NCBI RefSeq assembly: GCF_037042905.1
Contig: NC_087251.1
Span: forward strand, 7,504,001 to 7,568,000
Source: Lytechinus pictus
Lineage: Eukaryota
Length of the DNA stretch: 64,000 nt
Reading direction: 5' to 3'
Position 1 is the stretch's first letter. The number at the start of each line of letters is the position of its first letter. The notes beneath the pieces are model-generated. The model had not been told where the DNA came from and did not search any database. It worked only from the letters and a program-made list of their open reading frames with translations. A program made the position numbers and the translations under genes. Below, piece after piece: positions 11,918 through 54,878 of this stretch.

Positions 11918-13149
11918 ATGCAATGAAGTACATTACAGAAAAGTGAATTTAATATCTAGTCGTAATGACGTCATAGCAATGGTACTATTGGCTATGATTT
12001 GAAATTTATTTGGCCTTTACTCTAAAATAAAGGCTTGCACTCATGTTATGTTAGTTTTCTTTCAGTGACTTTGAACCTCAAATAAAAGATATTTTCATTC
12101 ACATTTTCCGAAAAAAAATGAGCAAAATGCTATGTGTTCCAAAATCGGATTGTGGACTGGTCATAAGGTGTGCTGTGTCCTTTACAGATACCTCAGTATT
12201 GGGACCTGGAGAGAGATAATATTGTTGTCGGACATACATTCGTGGCGAATACATCACATTGGAAAGGATAGGAAGGGCAATCAAGCCCCCCCCCCCCCCC
12301 ATAAACTCTCATGTGTTGAAAGAAAAGGATAAAAGGCTCGAAAAGAGAGAAAATGAACAAAAAGAGATATCATAAAATAATACAAGGACTAATTTGGCCT
12401 AATTCACTGAAAATACCGGCCCTGGCACCCCGCCTGGCACAAAAAATTTCAGATAGAGAGCATTAGTCTGGTTCAGATCCAAATAAACTAGTTTCAATGA
12501 CATTTTGTGACTGTGATTTACTGGTACTAGAGTCAAAGAAATAAATTTGACACCTCACAAATCCCCATTATAAGGAAAAGGGCATTGAACACATAATATA
12601 TGGCCTAAAAGAGTATGTTCTCCCAAATAATTTGGTACTATATTTATGTGGTATATGTTAATGCTTGGATTTTCAAGGAGTATGCTTTACAGTGATAGTG
12701 TAAATTTTGATTTGCATCAAGTAAGACACGACTACAATGAATGAATCCAGATCTCATAATCCGACAAGGGTTGCATTAAAATCTATTTCAAAACACTTTT
12801 TAGCAACTTTTCTCAAGTTAAATGACAAGAAGTCTGCAAGTAGGTTAACTATATCTCATGTAGGATTATGACATCCCCAGGATGACGTCATTGGCATCTG
12901 GGGTATACCTACTGATTATCCTATCATGAAGACATACCACGTAAATTGGTATCAAATTATTTGGGAGAAGATAATTGTTCCAGCCATATATTATAATTGT
13001 GTTTATGTCATATTTATTTCTTAAATTGGGGATTGTGAGGTGTTGAGCTTTTGTACATGTGTATAAGAAAAAAAAACATGACACCTAAGAGCTCACAAAA
13101 ATATACCCAGAATCATCACATTATAAACAAAGACAAGGAAAAAAGGGGT

Positions 13150-13446
13150 GGGGAAAAGGGCGTGGCAATAAAGAAAGAGGATGGGCATGCACGAAGGTTG
13201 GAGAATCCATGCCATGGATATGGACAGATATTTTACCCAGTATAGTACGGAGCGTGCCGTTTCGCACCGGTCATCACCATACATATCGCGCGGCCTAGCC
13301 TTGCCTTCATGCACGCGCCGTGTACGTGTACTGCCGGTTGCTTGGGCGAAGAGTTTTCATCGACGAATTGGTTTTCATATTTTATGGGATCAAAGTTCAC
13401 GTGCAGGTTTGCGCATCGAGCTCCCTCGATTTTTTAAGGCAGTGCC
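13150..13446 (+). promoter_or_regulatory. CpG-rich candidate promoter and 5'UTR of UGP2
   Basis: Local CpG enrichment, GGGCGTGG GC-box near 13158 and CACGTG E-box near 13398, directly before a GCCATGG start and a donor site. Confidence 0.5.
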
Positions 13447-42868
<29,422 letters not shown>

Positions 42869-43129
42869 TTTGATTGGAAGTCCAATAGATGTATATCCTG
42901 AAATCTAATTGAGCTTGTACTACATTGTTGCATGATATGTATGGCAAAGACATTATTCTATATTCAAAAGATGTGTACAGAAATATATTTTGTATCAACC
43001 AATTATTACACATAATTTGTGACTTTGCTGTCACATCAGTTGTGAAATTGGAGAACCTTCCAATTAATGATTTCAGTAATGGCATGGCTAGTGTTTGAAG
43101 TGTATACTTTTAACTCATCATTACATCAT

Positions 43130-43135
43130 AATAAA
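43130..43135 (+). promoter_or_regulatory. Candidate proximal UGP2 polyadenylation signal
   Basis: AATAAA about 260 nt after the stop, followed by GT/T-rich sequence. Confidence 0.4.
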
Positions 43136-43622
43136 CAAGGAGTGGTAATGTGGTTTTCTTGCTTTGAAAGAAATTGGTGGTCATTTGATTTAATTGAATA
43201 TTACTCGAGAAATTACTTTTATTGATATCCAACAAATATGAAGCGTTGTTTCTATTCTTTCAGTTGAATTGAAGTGATGTGAAATAGCTGTGATTAAATC
43301 AAAGCTGATGTGTATTATGATTTAAGTTGTGCACACCCCTTGTTGTACACTGCCTGATGAAGTTACCACTTTGTGAGAAATGACATTTGCTCTTTTACTG
43401 AATCAAATCTTCTACTTTTTCCTGTTACAAGCCTGAAAAAAGCTTGTATTTGATGTCTATGTATATTGTTATATATATTGTGCCAAATTTAAATCCTGCA
43501 CGAATAGAAATATGTGACAATATGCTTTTCAAACATTGTGACTAAACTGTTAAATCATTAATAGTTAAAAAGCTACTTGAAAGGGCAGGACCGAAGCCAG
43601 CGCTTTGCATCCACATTATTAA

Positions 43623-44206
43623 AGGAGAATGAAACCCTTGAAATCAAATAGAAAAATCAAAGAAACATATTGTTGAAAGTTTGAGGAAGATTGAATGAAT
43701 AATAAGAAAGTTATGAGCATTTGAATATTGAGATCACTAATGCCATGTAGATCATGCCATGTAGATCCTCCCATTGGCAATGCGACCAAGATCTGTGATG
43801 TCACACTCGTACAACTCCCTCATTACTTTAGTACTTATTTCACTTATATTCTCACTTTTATAGAGTCTATCACAAGGTGAGGTGTTCTCTTTATGAGAGG
43901 ACAAGTACAGAGGTTTAACAACATTATATCATTGATGAATCGTTTGTCATATGATTAGAAATGAGCAAAAAGAGATGTTTTGGGGTATATTATCAGTGTC
44001 CAAAAGGGGAGAGTTGTTCATCTGTGACATCATAGATCTTGGTCGCATTGCCAATGGGAGGATCTCCATTGCATTAGTGATCTTGACATTCAAATGCTCA
44101 TAACTCTTCTATTGCTAGTCCTATTTTACTCAAACTTTTGTTGATCTTATTCTTTGATTTTTCTGCTTTCACAAAAGCTAACTTGCTCCAAGAGTTTCAT
44201 TCTCCT
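43623..44206. mobile_element. TTAA-TSD MITE, second copy of the 4722-5303 family
   Basis: Same TIRs and interior; TTAA at 43619-43622 and 44207-44210. Confidence 0.9.
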
Positions 44207-45701
44207 TTAAGTTGAATACTCATCGTATTGGTGATTACAATAGGTGCTTAGAATATTCCGTTGTTAGATCTAAGTCTCACCGAAATTCAGCACACGCTTT
44301 ATAACAAAAAATGCTCTCTTCATAATGGTCCTATGTTAAACAGTGCTTAACATGATAAACTCGATCTTCACACTCACATTAATTTGTTTATTGAGATACA
44401 AAGCTTGTTCTTTAAATAAAAGTGTGCTTTAAATGTCTAAATTTCAGATTAGAATACCAACAATTTTCAGCTCACGTTTCGCGCTCGAATCATTTCTTTA
44501 GCAAGACACCCATCCTTTTCATGATTACAAAAAAGTGAATGGAACATCCCATCATTAGGATTAAACCTATAAAAGCTTGTGTTTCACATTGTTTATTGGA
44601 TATATATTTTGTTATTAAAAAAGTCCACTTAGTGTCATTTTTTTTCATATCAAGAATTTCAGCTTGCGCTTTGCGCTCAGATCAATTGTTCATTTAGATA
44701 CCCGAACTTAACATTAGTACAAAAAGTGCTGAGAATTTGAAGCTTTCAGGTCAGAATATCAAAAGCATTACACCTTGCGCTGCGCGCTTGCATTATTTAG
44801 TTGTTGAGATATGTATCCTTCGCATGAGTCACTGTAAACAGTCCTAGACAGTTCCCTTTTCTTCTTTTTTTTGGTCAGTATATTACAGATTCTAGTTGGT
44901 GCTTTTCGCTCGCGTTAATTGTTTAGATCTAAGTTACTTAGGTACTCATCTTAATCATTATTACCAAAATTACTCTGAGGGTTCAATTTTCAGAATACTT
45001 TGAATAATTTAAGAATGAGCTTGTCCTTCCATAATATATTTTATTGGCCGATCAGGGAAAATATAGATGATTTTATGAACTGATCATAATATAGAAAGGT
45101 TCACTATTTCTAATTTGGAACCCCCTCATGGAAAATTTTCCAAAAAAATCTATTATAAATTTCTTTGCTCAAATGTGATTTCATTTGGAAACTGTCCCAG
45201 TATAATCTTCCTTTCTTGTTTTTTTTAAGTGACTGTTTTAAAATGACTTAGAGTTATTATTGTCTATGCCATCAAGAAAGTTATTTTTAGTTAGATGTGA
45301 ACCTAGTGTAGATGAAACATGTAACAAGAATTAGTCAAGGACCAATCAACAGTATGTACACAATCTCTTTTCCCTCAGACCAAAAAATAAATAAATTCAC
45401 CCACCAAATAAATTATTTTAGATGTCAAAATATTGATTATGGCAAGAACATCCAGATAATATGTTGGCTTATTATAACTGATGCCATTAACTAATTCTTG
45501 TCTCTCAGTCCTTGTTTCATTAATTAATTTGTACTATCTTTAGATAATAAGTGTATAATCAGGATAGTTTCATAATCTGTATTAATCAATTATTATTGTA
45601 TCCCCAGCTATATGCAAATATTTGTCTATTGCTGCAAAATTTGGGCATTAACATTTAACATTTAATTTTTTTCAAGAAAGAAACATCATTACTAAATACT
45701 A

Positions 45702-46101
45702 CAGGGTTCCCAGCCCATCAGAGAAATCAGGGGAAATTATTTTATTTTTTCCAGTTAGGGAAAAATCTTGGAATTCAATCAAAGATACTTAAAATCAGGG
45801 GAAAATGCTTCAAATGAGGGAAAAATCGGGGAATTTTGATAAGCCCAAAAGTCGAAAGTATGGTAGTCAGTCAGACTCTGTTATATTTCATTGCATATTG
45901 AAACAACATCCATTGAATGACTGGTTATGGTGGTATTAATTTGTTTTACATTATTGTTTTTATACTGAACATACATGTAATTCACTGTAACAATTTAGAA
46001 AACATGTGAAACTGGGAATGGGTTTAAATATTTATCAGGGAATTTTTAAACTTCAGGGAATAATCAGAGAAGTTTGTTTTCTTGAAAAACTGGGAACCCT
46101 G
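45702..46101. mobile_element. Non-autonomous hAT5-like element with 5-bp TSD
   Basis: TIR CAGGGTTCCCAG / CTGGGAACCCTG; TACTA on both flanks. Confidence 0.85.
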
Positions 46102-48775
46102 TACTAACACTTTAAGTTTTTATTCTCAATTTTACTGAATGATATGTATTTCCTCGATATATGATCCATGTGGAGAGACTATAACTTTGATTGGGACAAG
46201 GTTCAATGGTGAGATAACTCAATTGCAAATCAAATCAGCAGCTGATAATTTAGGAAAAGATTTTTTTAAAGGCATTTAAGGGCCTTTGTTATCGGTCAAA
46301 TAATGATGCAATGGGGACATGTAGGGAAGGATTAAAGATTTATCATACGTGTGTATGGGGTTTTTTATGTTATGTATTCAGCTAGTGTGATGGAGTTATC
46401 ACTGGTCAAATCTTTATGTTGATGGAAACTCCAAGTTGTACATTGCCTTTATCATTCATAAAAGTTGTTCTTTCTGCAGTGGGGGCATGTCATAGACCTG
46501 TGTATTTAATGTAAGTCTTGGTACATAATCCATTTGACTGAACATTTGAAAATAATATGTGAATTATGATGGCAATTTAATCTTGTGGGAAAATTTATAT
46601 AGACATTGTTGTATTTTTTTTTATTAGAAGCCTATTTGTTGTAGTAATATTGTAGAGAGTTACAGTGGATATTTTTTTTCATTTCTACAGGTAACACTGC
46701 GTAAAATAAAATCTGGGCTAAAAGATGGCTTTGACTTAAATGACTATTTGACTTATCGAAGGTCAACTAAGTAAGTTTCTTTTGGTTGGTATATATTATC
46801 AGACTACGTGGTTACAATGTTGCAGTTGGGGTAATGAGCAGGAACTGTTTGAGTAGTTCATGATTGGAACTGGTGTATGATGTTTAATGAAATAAAATGA
46901 TTTATTAAAAGGATATACACTGCATATTTTATGAATAGTCTTCACCATAGTGAAATTTATACTATTTCTGATATTTTGTTTCGAAATGTTTTTATATTTT
47001 CAGTTTGCTTATTTTAAAATGAACTTGGCTGATAAAGTGCATCTCTAATGAAATAAAAGTGTAGCTCAATTTTATCTCATGAAATTGTTTATTTCTATGG
47101 TGTTCCTTCAAGTCGGTCCATCTTACATAATGTCATTTGGTTGTAAAATATTATACGGTGAAGTGCTGTCGGTTTGGAACAGGCACTGGCTGATTTTTTT
47201 AGCTAATATGTTGGTATTTAGAATATGCAATAGACTGCCTAACCAGCACAACAATAAATGTCAGTTTACTAAATTATAGAAACAACACTAAAAGTGTTGG
47301 TGTTTGAATTGTGCACAGTGCTACCCAACTTAGCTCAACAGTTGGTTTACAAGAAAGCTAGTATTCCCACTACAGTGAATGCTGAGTGATGTCATTGACA
47401 GTCGTCGTTCTAGTGTGGTAAAAATCACCCAAAGTTCTACAGCTTTCAATACCGACTGTAGCGTGTGTAGAGAGGGGCAACGGCGTGTACCCTGTGTGTC
47501 ACGCTCAGGGGTTGCAAAACAGCCCCCTCCCTTATTTACTTCTATACTACAATAAAAGATATCACAACTTGAATGGGGCTAAGTTTTACAACTTTGTTCA
47601 GGCACTGATTCTCCTGAATAAACCACTTAATATTGAATTTGATACCACCCCTTAATCTTAAATAGAAAGCGTTTTGCAGCACTTAATCTTGACATTCATT
47701 TAAACTTTATAGTTCACCAATAAATTGACACTTTTGCTCCAGTTCAATTCAATGTTTAAGTGAAGTAATTTCATGTAACTGTTTTGTAAAAAATTTAATA
47801 TCTATAAATTAATATTTTGAAATACAATATTGCAGAATTGTTTCAAGAGGGCTACGAAATTAGTTTCAAAATTTCTGCATATCAGGTTATGACAAGAAAG
47901 AAAAATAATTACAATTGCCATGATACCTTGTAAGCATGTTGAGAATGAGGTTGGTTGGTTTTTATTCATTATTAAAAGTGCATAAATACGAACAAAATAA
48001 ACATTACATGATCAAATAATTATATAACAATGTAACAATAACCAAACTTAACAATGCATGTAATACAAAATCGCAGGGATAGACCCGTTTCAGATTGGCT
48101 ATTAATAACCGACCCGGGGTCCCTAGAAGAATTGGGGATTGGAGAAGAGAGAAAGTGAGACAAATAGTGTGTTGGAGAGAGAGAAAGAAAGAGCGAGGAA
48201 AATATGAAAAGAAAGAAATCGAAAGATGAATAAACGAGGGGAGTCAGGGAGTCATTTCATTCTAAACATAGTAATGTGTTAAAAACATAAAGGGATTATC
48301 CATTAAGTTCTTTTTAACATAACCGACCCCAAGAATTTCTAACACACAACCCAGTTCATCCGATCTCTTGGTGAAAATATCAATATGAGATGAGCGTACT
48401 GATGTGGAGCTTGGTGCCAAGGAACCCCCCCCCAAAAAAAAATCACAACCAAGAAAAAGGAGAAAAGGAAAGGTAAAAGTGTGAAATTGGATCAATTTTT
48501 TTTTTTTTTTTTTTTTTTGGGGGGGGGGGTATTGAAATGGTCAAAATTTTGCTCGCTCACATTGTTCGTAACTTTCGAGAAATATTGCTCCATACTGTCT
48601 GACCCCCTAAGTGTTGGCTCATTGCGCTGCTGGGAAGGATTAAACGAAGAGAGATAAGGAAAGAAGAACATTATTTTGATTCGCTATGAAAGTTTATTCA
48701 ACTTCGTCCTCGTTATTGTTGTTGATGACTATGAAAAAAAGGGTGTTTTTTCTTACTTTGAGTGTGTGTTGTTAA

Positions 48776-49361
48776 AGGACAAGTCCACCCCAACAAAAAG
48801 TTGATTTGAATAAAAAGAGAAAAATCAAACAAGCATAACACTGAAAATTTCATCAAAATCGGATGTAAAATAAGAAAGTTATGACATTTTAAAGTTTCGC
48901 TTAATTTCACAAAACAGTTATATGCACATCCTGGTCGATATGCAAATGAGGAGACTGATGACATCATCCACTCACTATTTCTTTTGTATTTTATTATATG
49001 AAATATTCTTATTTTCTCCTCATTGTCAAGTGATACAACGATTAATTCCTCCCTGAACATGCGGAATTAGCATTGTTTAATATACTATATGGTACAGTCA
49101 AGTTGGTCCTTATTGTCAAATCTGTAAAAAATGACATATTGTATAATTCAAACAATAAAAAACAAAAGAAATAGTGAGTGATGAACATCATCGACTGACT
49201 CACCTAGTTGTGCATATCACTGTTTTGTGAAAAATAAGCCAAAATTTAAAATGTCATAACTTTCTTATTTACATCCGATTTTGATGAAATTTTCAGCACT
49301 ATGCTAGTTTGATTTTTCTCTATTGATTCAAGTCAGTATTTTCCTTTGGTGGACTTGACCT
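48776..49361. mobile_element. TTAA-TSD MITE (Kolobok/T2-like)
   Basis: AGGACAAGTCCACC / GGTGGACTTGACCT; TTAA flanks; long imperfect inverted arms. Confidence 0.88.
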
Positions 49362-50184
49362 TTAACAAGGAAAGTAAGTGACTTTTATTATTATTTTAAG
49401 GCATAATAATTGAACATTTGGAATCATCTTTACATAATATGAAAGGCTTTGAAGAATTGATCTTAAAGTTTTAAACACACAGTAATTCGCATTTGATGTA
49501 TGAGATTATTAAATGCTTAGAACCGTGTAAAATCTAAAAGATATTACTCTTATTATTAAACTGACTTTCAACCAAAAATCAAATAAGTGCTTTTCATCGA
49601 ATGGAGAAAGCCCCAACTCAACCAACAGGTAACGCTTTAGTTTTAATCAACCCCTTAGCGATCTTCATAGTTACAATCGAGTTTTCAGGTCGAAATATTA
49701 AAAAAATCAGATCGTGCTTCGCGCTCGCATTATTGGATTGGTAAGATATGTATTCTATTCATGGATCACTACGAACAGTCTTTTGCAGGCCAGTATATAA
49801 AAGATTTCAGCTCACGCTTCGCGCTCGCATGGATTGTTTAGTTAGATACGCAACTAGTTCATGAAAAGTTGCTTAAAAATAATGTTCAATTTATAGATTA
49901 TGTAAAATATTACAAAATTTCAGCTCGCGCTTTGCGCTCGCATGGTCATTTATATTTGGTCCAAATGAAATACCTTATACTGTTTCTAAGAATGAAAAAT
50001 TTGTTAGGACTAACCATTTTAAAAAAAATCAGATTTTGGCGGCCGCGACGGGGAAAATGTGAATGAAAAATAGTTTCCGCTCACTTCTATTGATAAAAGC
50101 TGAGTTGCCCCTGGGTATTACGAAAGAAAATGTGACTGAGGAGAAAATGGAACTCTACTATGACTCATGGGCGTCGGTCGTCGG

Positions 50185-50308
50185 CAGTGGCGTACCTAGG
50201 ATTTTCCACAGGGGGGGGGGGCAAATTCGTCCGCCAAAAAATTTGACCAGCAAAAAAAAAAAAATTCGTCAGGGGGGGGGCAGTCTGCCCCCCGTAGGTA
50301 CGCTCGTG
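50185..50308. mobile_element. 124-bp hAT-like mini-element nested in an older hAT-like element (50166-50412)
   Basis: 8-bp TSD GTCGTCGG; TIR CAGTGGCGTACCTA / TAGGTACGCTCGTG. Confidence 0.8.
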
Positions 50309-51821
50309 GTCGTCGGTAATCGGTACCGATAATTGTCGGTAATCAGGGACTCCACCCCCCCCCCCCCACACACACACACACACTCATTCGAAAAGGCCTA
50401 GCGACGCCCCTGGCTGGACTCTAGGAAATAAACTTTGGGTTTATCTAGCTAATCACTTTGCTGACTATGTCATGCATTTGCTTTCAGTTTTAATAAATAC
50501 CAATACCCATGCACGTTTAAGCATATACGGATCTATCTACAGCAATATATTATTGCTAAAATAGCTTGTAATAGACTGTTAGACCGAATGTCGTTTCAAT
50601 TTCAAGTATACCAGCAAAAAAAAGTGTAAAACCATAGGACTATAATTATAGATGTAATTTATAGTGAAAATGCTAATGAAGCAACCAGGAAGAAGTATAC
50701 CAAGAAAATTACCTATAGTCTTGGACTCTTGGGAAGATTACGACAATGAAACAGAACAGAGAATTAAGGGGTGTAGGCATACAGGGGAGAAAGAAACATT
50801 GTCGAAGTGGGAGGGGCTGAAATGGAATTGCCCACATTTTCCCGGATCGGCCCCACATAGTGCCGAATTCGTGTGTGTGTGTGTGGGGGGGGGGGGTATG
50901 TATATGTGCAGGGGCGGAAAGGGAGGCAGGACCAGTTTTAGGATTATTCTGCTCAATTTTTACAAACAAGGTTAGGTATCTCATTAGGCCTAATCTTAAA
51001 ACCATTATATGAGCGCGGAGCGTGAGCTAAATATTTTTACTAATCTAAAAAGGGGGTATTTTAAATGCCGTTTGAATTCATGAAGAAGATATGAATCTCA
51101 CTTCTAACACGTAACGAGGGCGCGAAACGCAATCTGAAATTTTGATACACTCACTGACCGTTAAAAGTTGAAACGACGTGAATCTCTCTGTTAACAAAAT
51201 AAACATGAGAGCACAAAGTGTAAGCTGAAATAGTTTCAAATACTAACATGAGAAAAAATCCTTTATTTTCACCATATTTCAATTAATCAAAACGGTATGA
51301 ATCCTACTATTAACAAAATTAATGAGCTGAACTGAAAAGGGATATTTTAGAGACTGTAGAAATTCGTGAAAATTGTTTTACATGATGTAATTTACACAAT
51401 AATGAGAGACTGACTATTTTAGATGAATCAAGTAAAGTCATAGTCTTGCCCTTTTTTGACTTCCTTGAACGAATTTAAGTTCGGCGTCAATTATTTTTAT
51501 CACACTTGGTTAAAAAATATTGTGTTTTCACGAGGATAGGGTGAGAGGCCAATCTAGGGGTCAATAAAGATCACATCGCAAAATTTTATTCTGATCGCGC
51601 GAAATCAGGCGGGACTCGTGGTTTACGAGTTTGTAGACCTATAATAAAAAAAAAGATTCGAAAGGACCACATAAAACATTATTAGAATAATTACGTATTC
51701 ATTTTATATTCAAAATAAATCGGCCACTTTAGTTGGTCTTGTAGCATTTACTTCCAATATCAGACTTATTTAATTGGTTATTGCTTAAAGAAAGTATAGC
51801 CTACATTAAAGACCGGGTTTA

Positions 51822-52534
51822 AGCTAGGGTTATACCGGAACCGAATCATGCAGTTGCGAATCCATCAGAATACACTATTCTGGTGGTTCCGGGAGTATCT
51901 TTGTTCTCCCTCCTCGATTCCGGGCCTCGAATGCGAGAAAATTCGGAAGGGATTCGGGAACATTCGCGGAGGAATTCGGCTCGTTTTGAAATGTTAATTC
52001 AAAACAAGCCGAATACCCTAAAAAATACTCCCGAGTCCTGAATGTGGCCACAACAAATTTCATTCGGGCCACATTTAGGATGTATTCGGATGACATTCGG
52101 TTGGATTAGGGGAGGCATTTGGAGTAGCCTATTCTGGGGAGATTCGGACCTGTTTGTGGAGTAACCGAGCTCGGCGCATTCAGCCATATTCGTTCCGATT
52201 CGGGTTAACATTCGGGTCGTCGTTCGGCTGTAATCGGAGCAATCTGGCCACATTCGGCTCGATTCTAGCCACCTTGATTTGCTCGATTCATGCCACCATT
52301 CGGGTGGCATTCGGCTTTATTCGGGATGGCAAAAATTGATTCGGGTCAATTCTTGGCGATTCTGCGCTGAATCGGGACCTATTCGGGGCCCATTCGTCTC
52401 TATTCGGGGAGCTCCCTGAATCATGCAGAGGAGAATAAGTTCCGAATTTACCGAATTCATCCGAATCATGCCATATTCGGGCAGAATCAGTCCGAATTCA
52501 TTCGTGTGAATATGGCTTTGGTGTAACCCTAGCT
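51822..52534. mobile_element. PIF/Harbinger-like MITE
   Basis: TIR AGCTAGGGTTATACC / GGTGTAACCCTAGCT; TTA TSD; ATTCGG-rich interior. Confidence 0.82.
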
Positions 52535-53372
52535 TTACACCGGAACCGAATCTGCGAATCCATCCGAATACACGCATTTAGGATTCGGGAGTAGGGGAGA
52601 GCGGGCCTAATCCGCCCCCAGGGCAAATCCGCCTACCACTTGATTTTCCCCTTTGCTGTGATTAGATTTAGGTTTTGTTGTAATTTGTTGTAATGTTAAC
52701 CTGCCCAAAGGTAGCAACATACCTTGGCGAGAGGTCATCTTCTCGGAATTCAAGAAAATTACGACTCGTCCATTTTGAGGCCATTTGTAATTTTTTTTTT
52801 TTTCAAATTTCTTGTATTTTTATAGACACTAATGAATGCAGTTAAAATATTTTTTTGTTAGAAAGGTGTGTCATTTGCTTACTGAAATATGCCTTTGATA
52901 CTTCAAAATAATATGATGTACATTTTGCGAAAAACAAGAGAAAAGAAAATGACTGCCCGGGGAGCTAGTTCACTCCTTTTGCGACGGGGCAGGTCCGCCC
53001 CACGTTTATCTATAGATAATGTATACATATATAGACCCATAGGCCGACAAAAGTATCCTTATAAACATGACATGCAAGTATGTCGTTATATGTGCTAAAT
53101 CATGATAACTTTTCATAGATTATTGAACTAGAAGTCGTTGTTGCTCCACTATGAAAAAAAATGTTTGGTGTCTTTGAACACATCATTTTGTTTCATATAT
53201 AACTATTTTTCCCTATGGGCGAACTCGCCCCGCCTAACCAGCGAACTTGCCCCAGGGTGGGGCAGGTTCGCCCTTCAGCGAAATTTTTTTTTTAAGGTCC
53301 ATTTTTGCCAAAACCGTATGCATGTCCTCCCCGGAAATAAGGTATTAGGTAGATATTACCTAGACCTTTATA

Positions 53373-54878
53373 CAGGACCCTGGGGGTGCTGACATGGGCT
53401 GAAATTTCTCCTCAAAGGTGTGTGTGTGTTGGGGGGGACACATTTGAGTTTTCTATTGTTCTATATATACAAACACACACGCAAGGGCACCCCACATATA
53501 CATATACATATATTTACACAACAAAAAAGTAAGTCCCCCCTTAAACAAACATCAATAATTTCCGAACCAATGCGAGTTTTTAATATATTTTTACATGAGT
53601 GTGTAGGTAATTACCTCCTTGCATAGTTCATTTGATTTGATTTTTATGAAAATCCCGATGTTTAATGCATCAGTGAGCACACAATATTCGAAAACTATCC
53701 AAAATTATGCAAATGAGAAGAAAGTTCAAGGCCTTGGCCCCACTCTGTGCCGTATCGAATGGTTATGTTGGTGTGCGCGCCTTTTGGATAGTGTTACCCT
53801 GACGCCATGTGCGAAGTTTCATGAAATAGCTGTTGGCAGAAGTAACAAAAACCGTCCATGAAACAAACCCTTCATTTCATATTTGTTAAAATTTTGACTT
53901 CCTCTCTCATAGACTTGTGTACATTATGGGTGCATAATATGTTTAAGAATAAGTAACCCCTTACTCAATATGGTGGAACTTTTTTTCAAGGCTGTCTTTA
54001 GCAATGTCATTTGACAGTAATGTTTATCAACGTATGGGCAGAATTCTGTGCAAAAATGAAATCGATTTGTTTATTTATGGATGAGTGAGCACGCATCAAA
54101 GTGGGAAAATTTGTATTTTCAACGTCACAGACTCATTTTAAAGGGTAATAAAGTGAATATTGGGGGCAAATTCGGTTTCAAATGTGACTTTAATTGCTGT
54201 TGTTTGTATCATCCATCATTTCTATCACCACACACTTTCCGAACTTTAAACATTTTCATGGTTGAGCGAGCACATTCGAAAACTTAGGAATGAATACTCT
54301 TTATACTGCATAAATGTATTCTTTTCCTAACAGTTTCTCATGATCAGTTTAATTTATGGACAAATCAGTGGTGTGTCCAGAATTTTAAAATGGGGGAGGG
54401 GCCTATACTTGGGGGAGCCAACAAAAAAACGACTCTTGTGACTTTCAAAAATTGTCATTTTTAATTCAATCTTTTATTACTCATGCATGACTCAACCGAT
54501 CTCATTTTTCCCCAGGAGTTGCTTAATGAGTGTAGAAAATCACCTTCGAAATATCGTATCTCAAAATAATTCCGTTCAAAAGTTACAGCAATTTGATTTA
54601 GGGGGGACTTACTTTTTTTGTTGTGTATAATGTATATATATATGTGAGCGCGAGCAAAAATATTTGATATTTCGATCTTAAAAAGGGCGAATTTAAGCAC
54701 TACTTCAAGCACTGTGTAGGGAAATTCTGAAGTGGGGGGGGGGGGTTCCTACAAAACGTCGTTCATTTTCATTACACTTCTGTCATTTAACATACAGATT
54801 TCCAGGGGGTGCTGCACACGGAGCACCTCGAAGGAAAATTTGGGGGTTTCTTTAGCACCCCTGCCTCCCAGGGCCATG
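53373..54878. mobile_element. hAT-like element nested in 52594-54968
   Basis: 8-bp TSD CCTTTATA; CAGGACCCTGGG / CCCAGGGCCATG ends. Confidence 0.82.
53517..54625. mobile_element. Tc1/mariner-like element nested in 53373-54878
   Basis: TA|CACAACAAAAAAGTAAGTCCCCCC / GGGGGGACTTACTTTTTTTGTTGTG|TA. Confidence 0.85.

Noticed and set aside
43350..43395. Hammerhead ribozyme (CTGATGA...GAAA) in the UGP2 3' region
   Set aside because: Stem II lacks the closing pair and no stem I partner can be formed.
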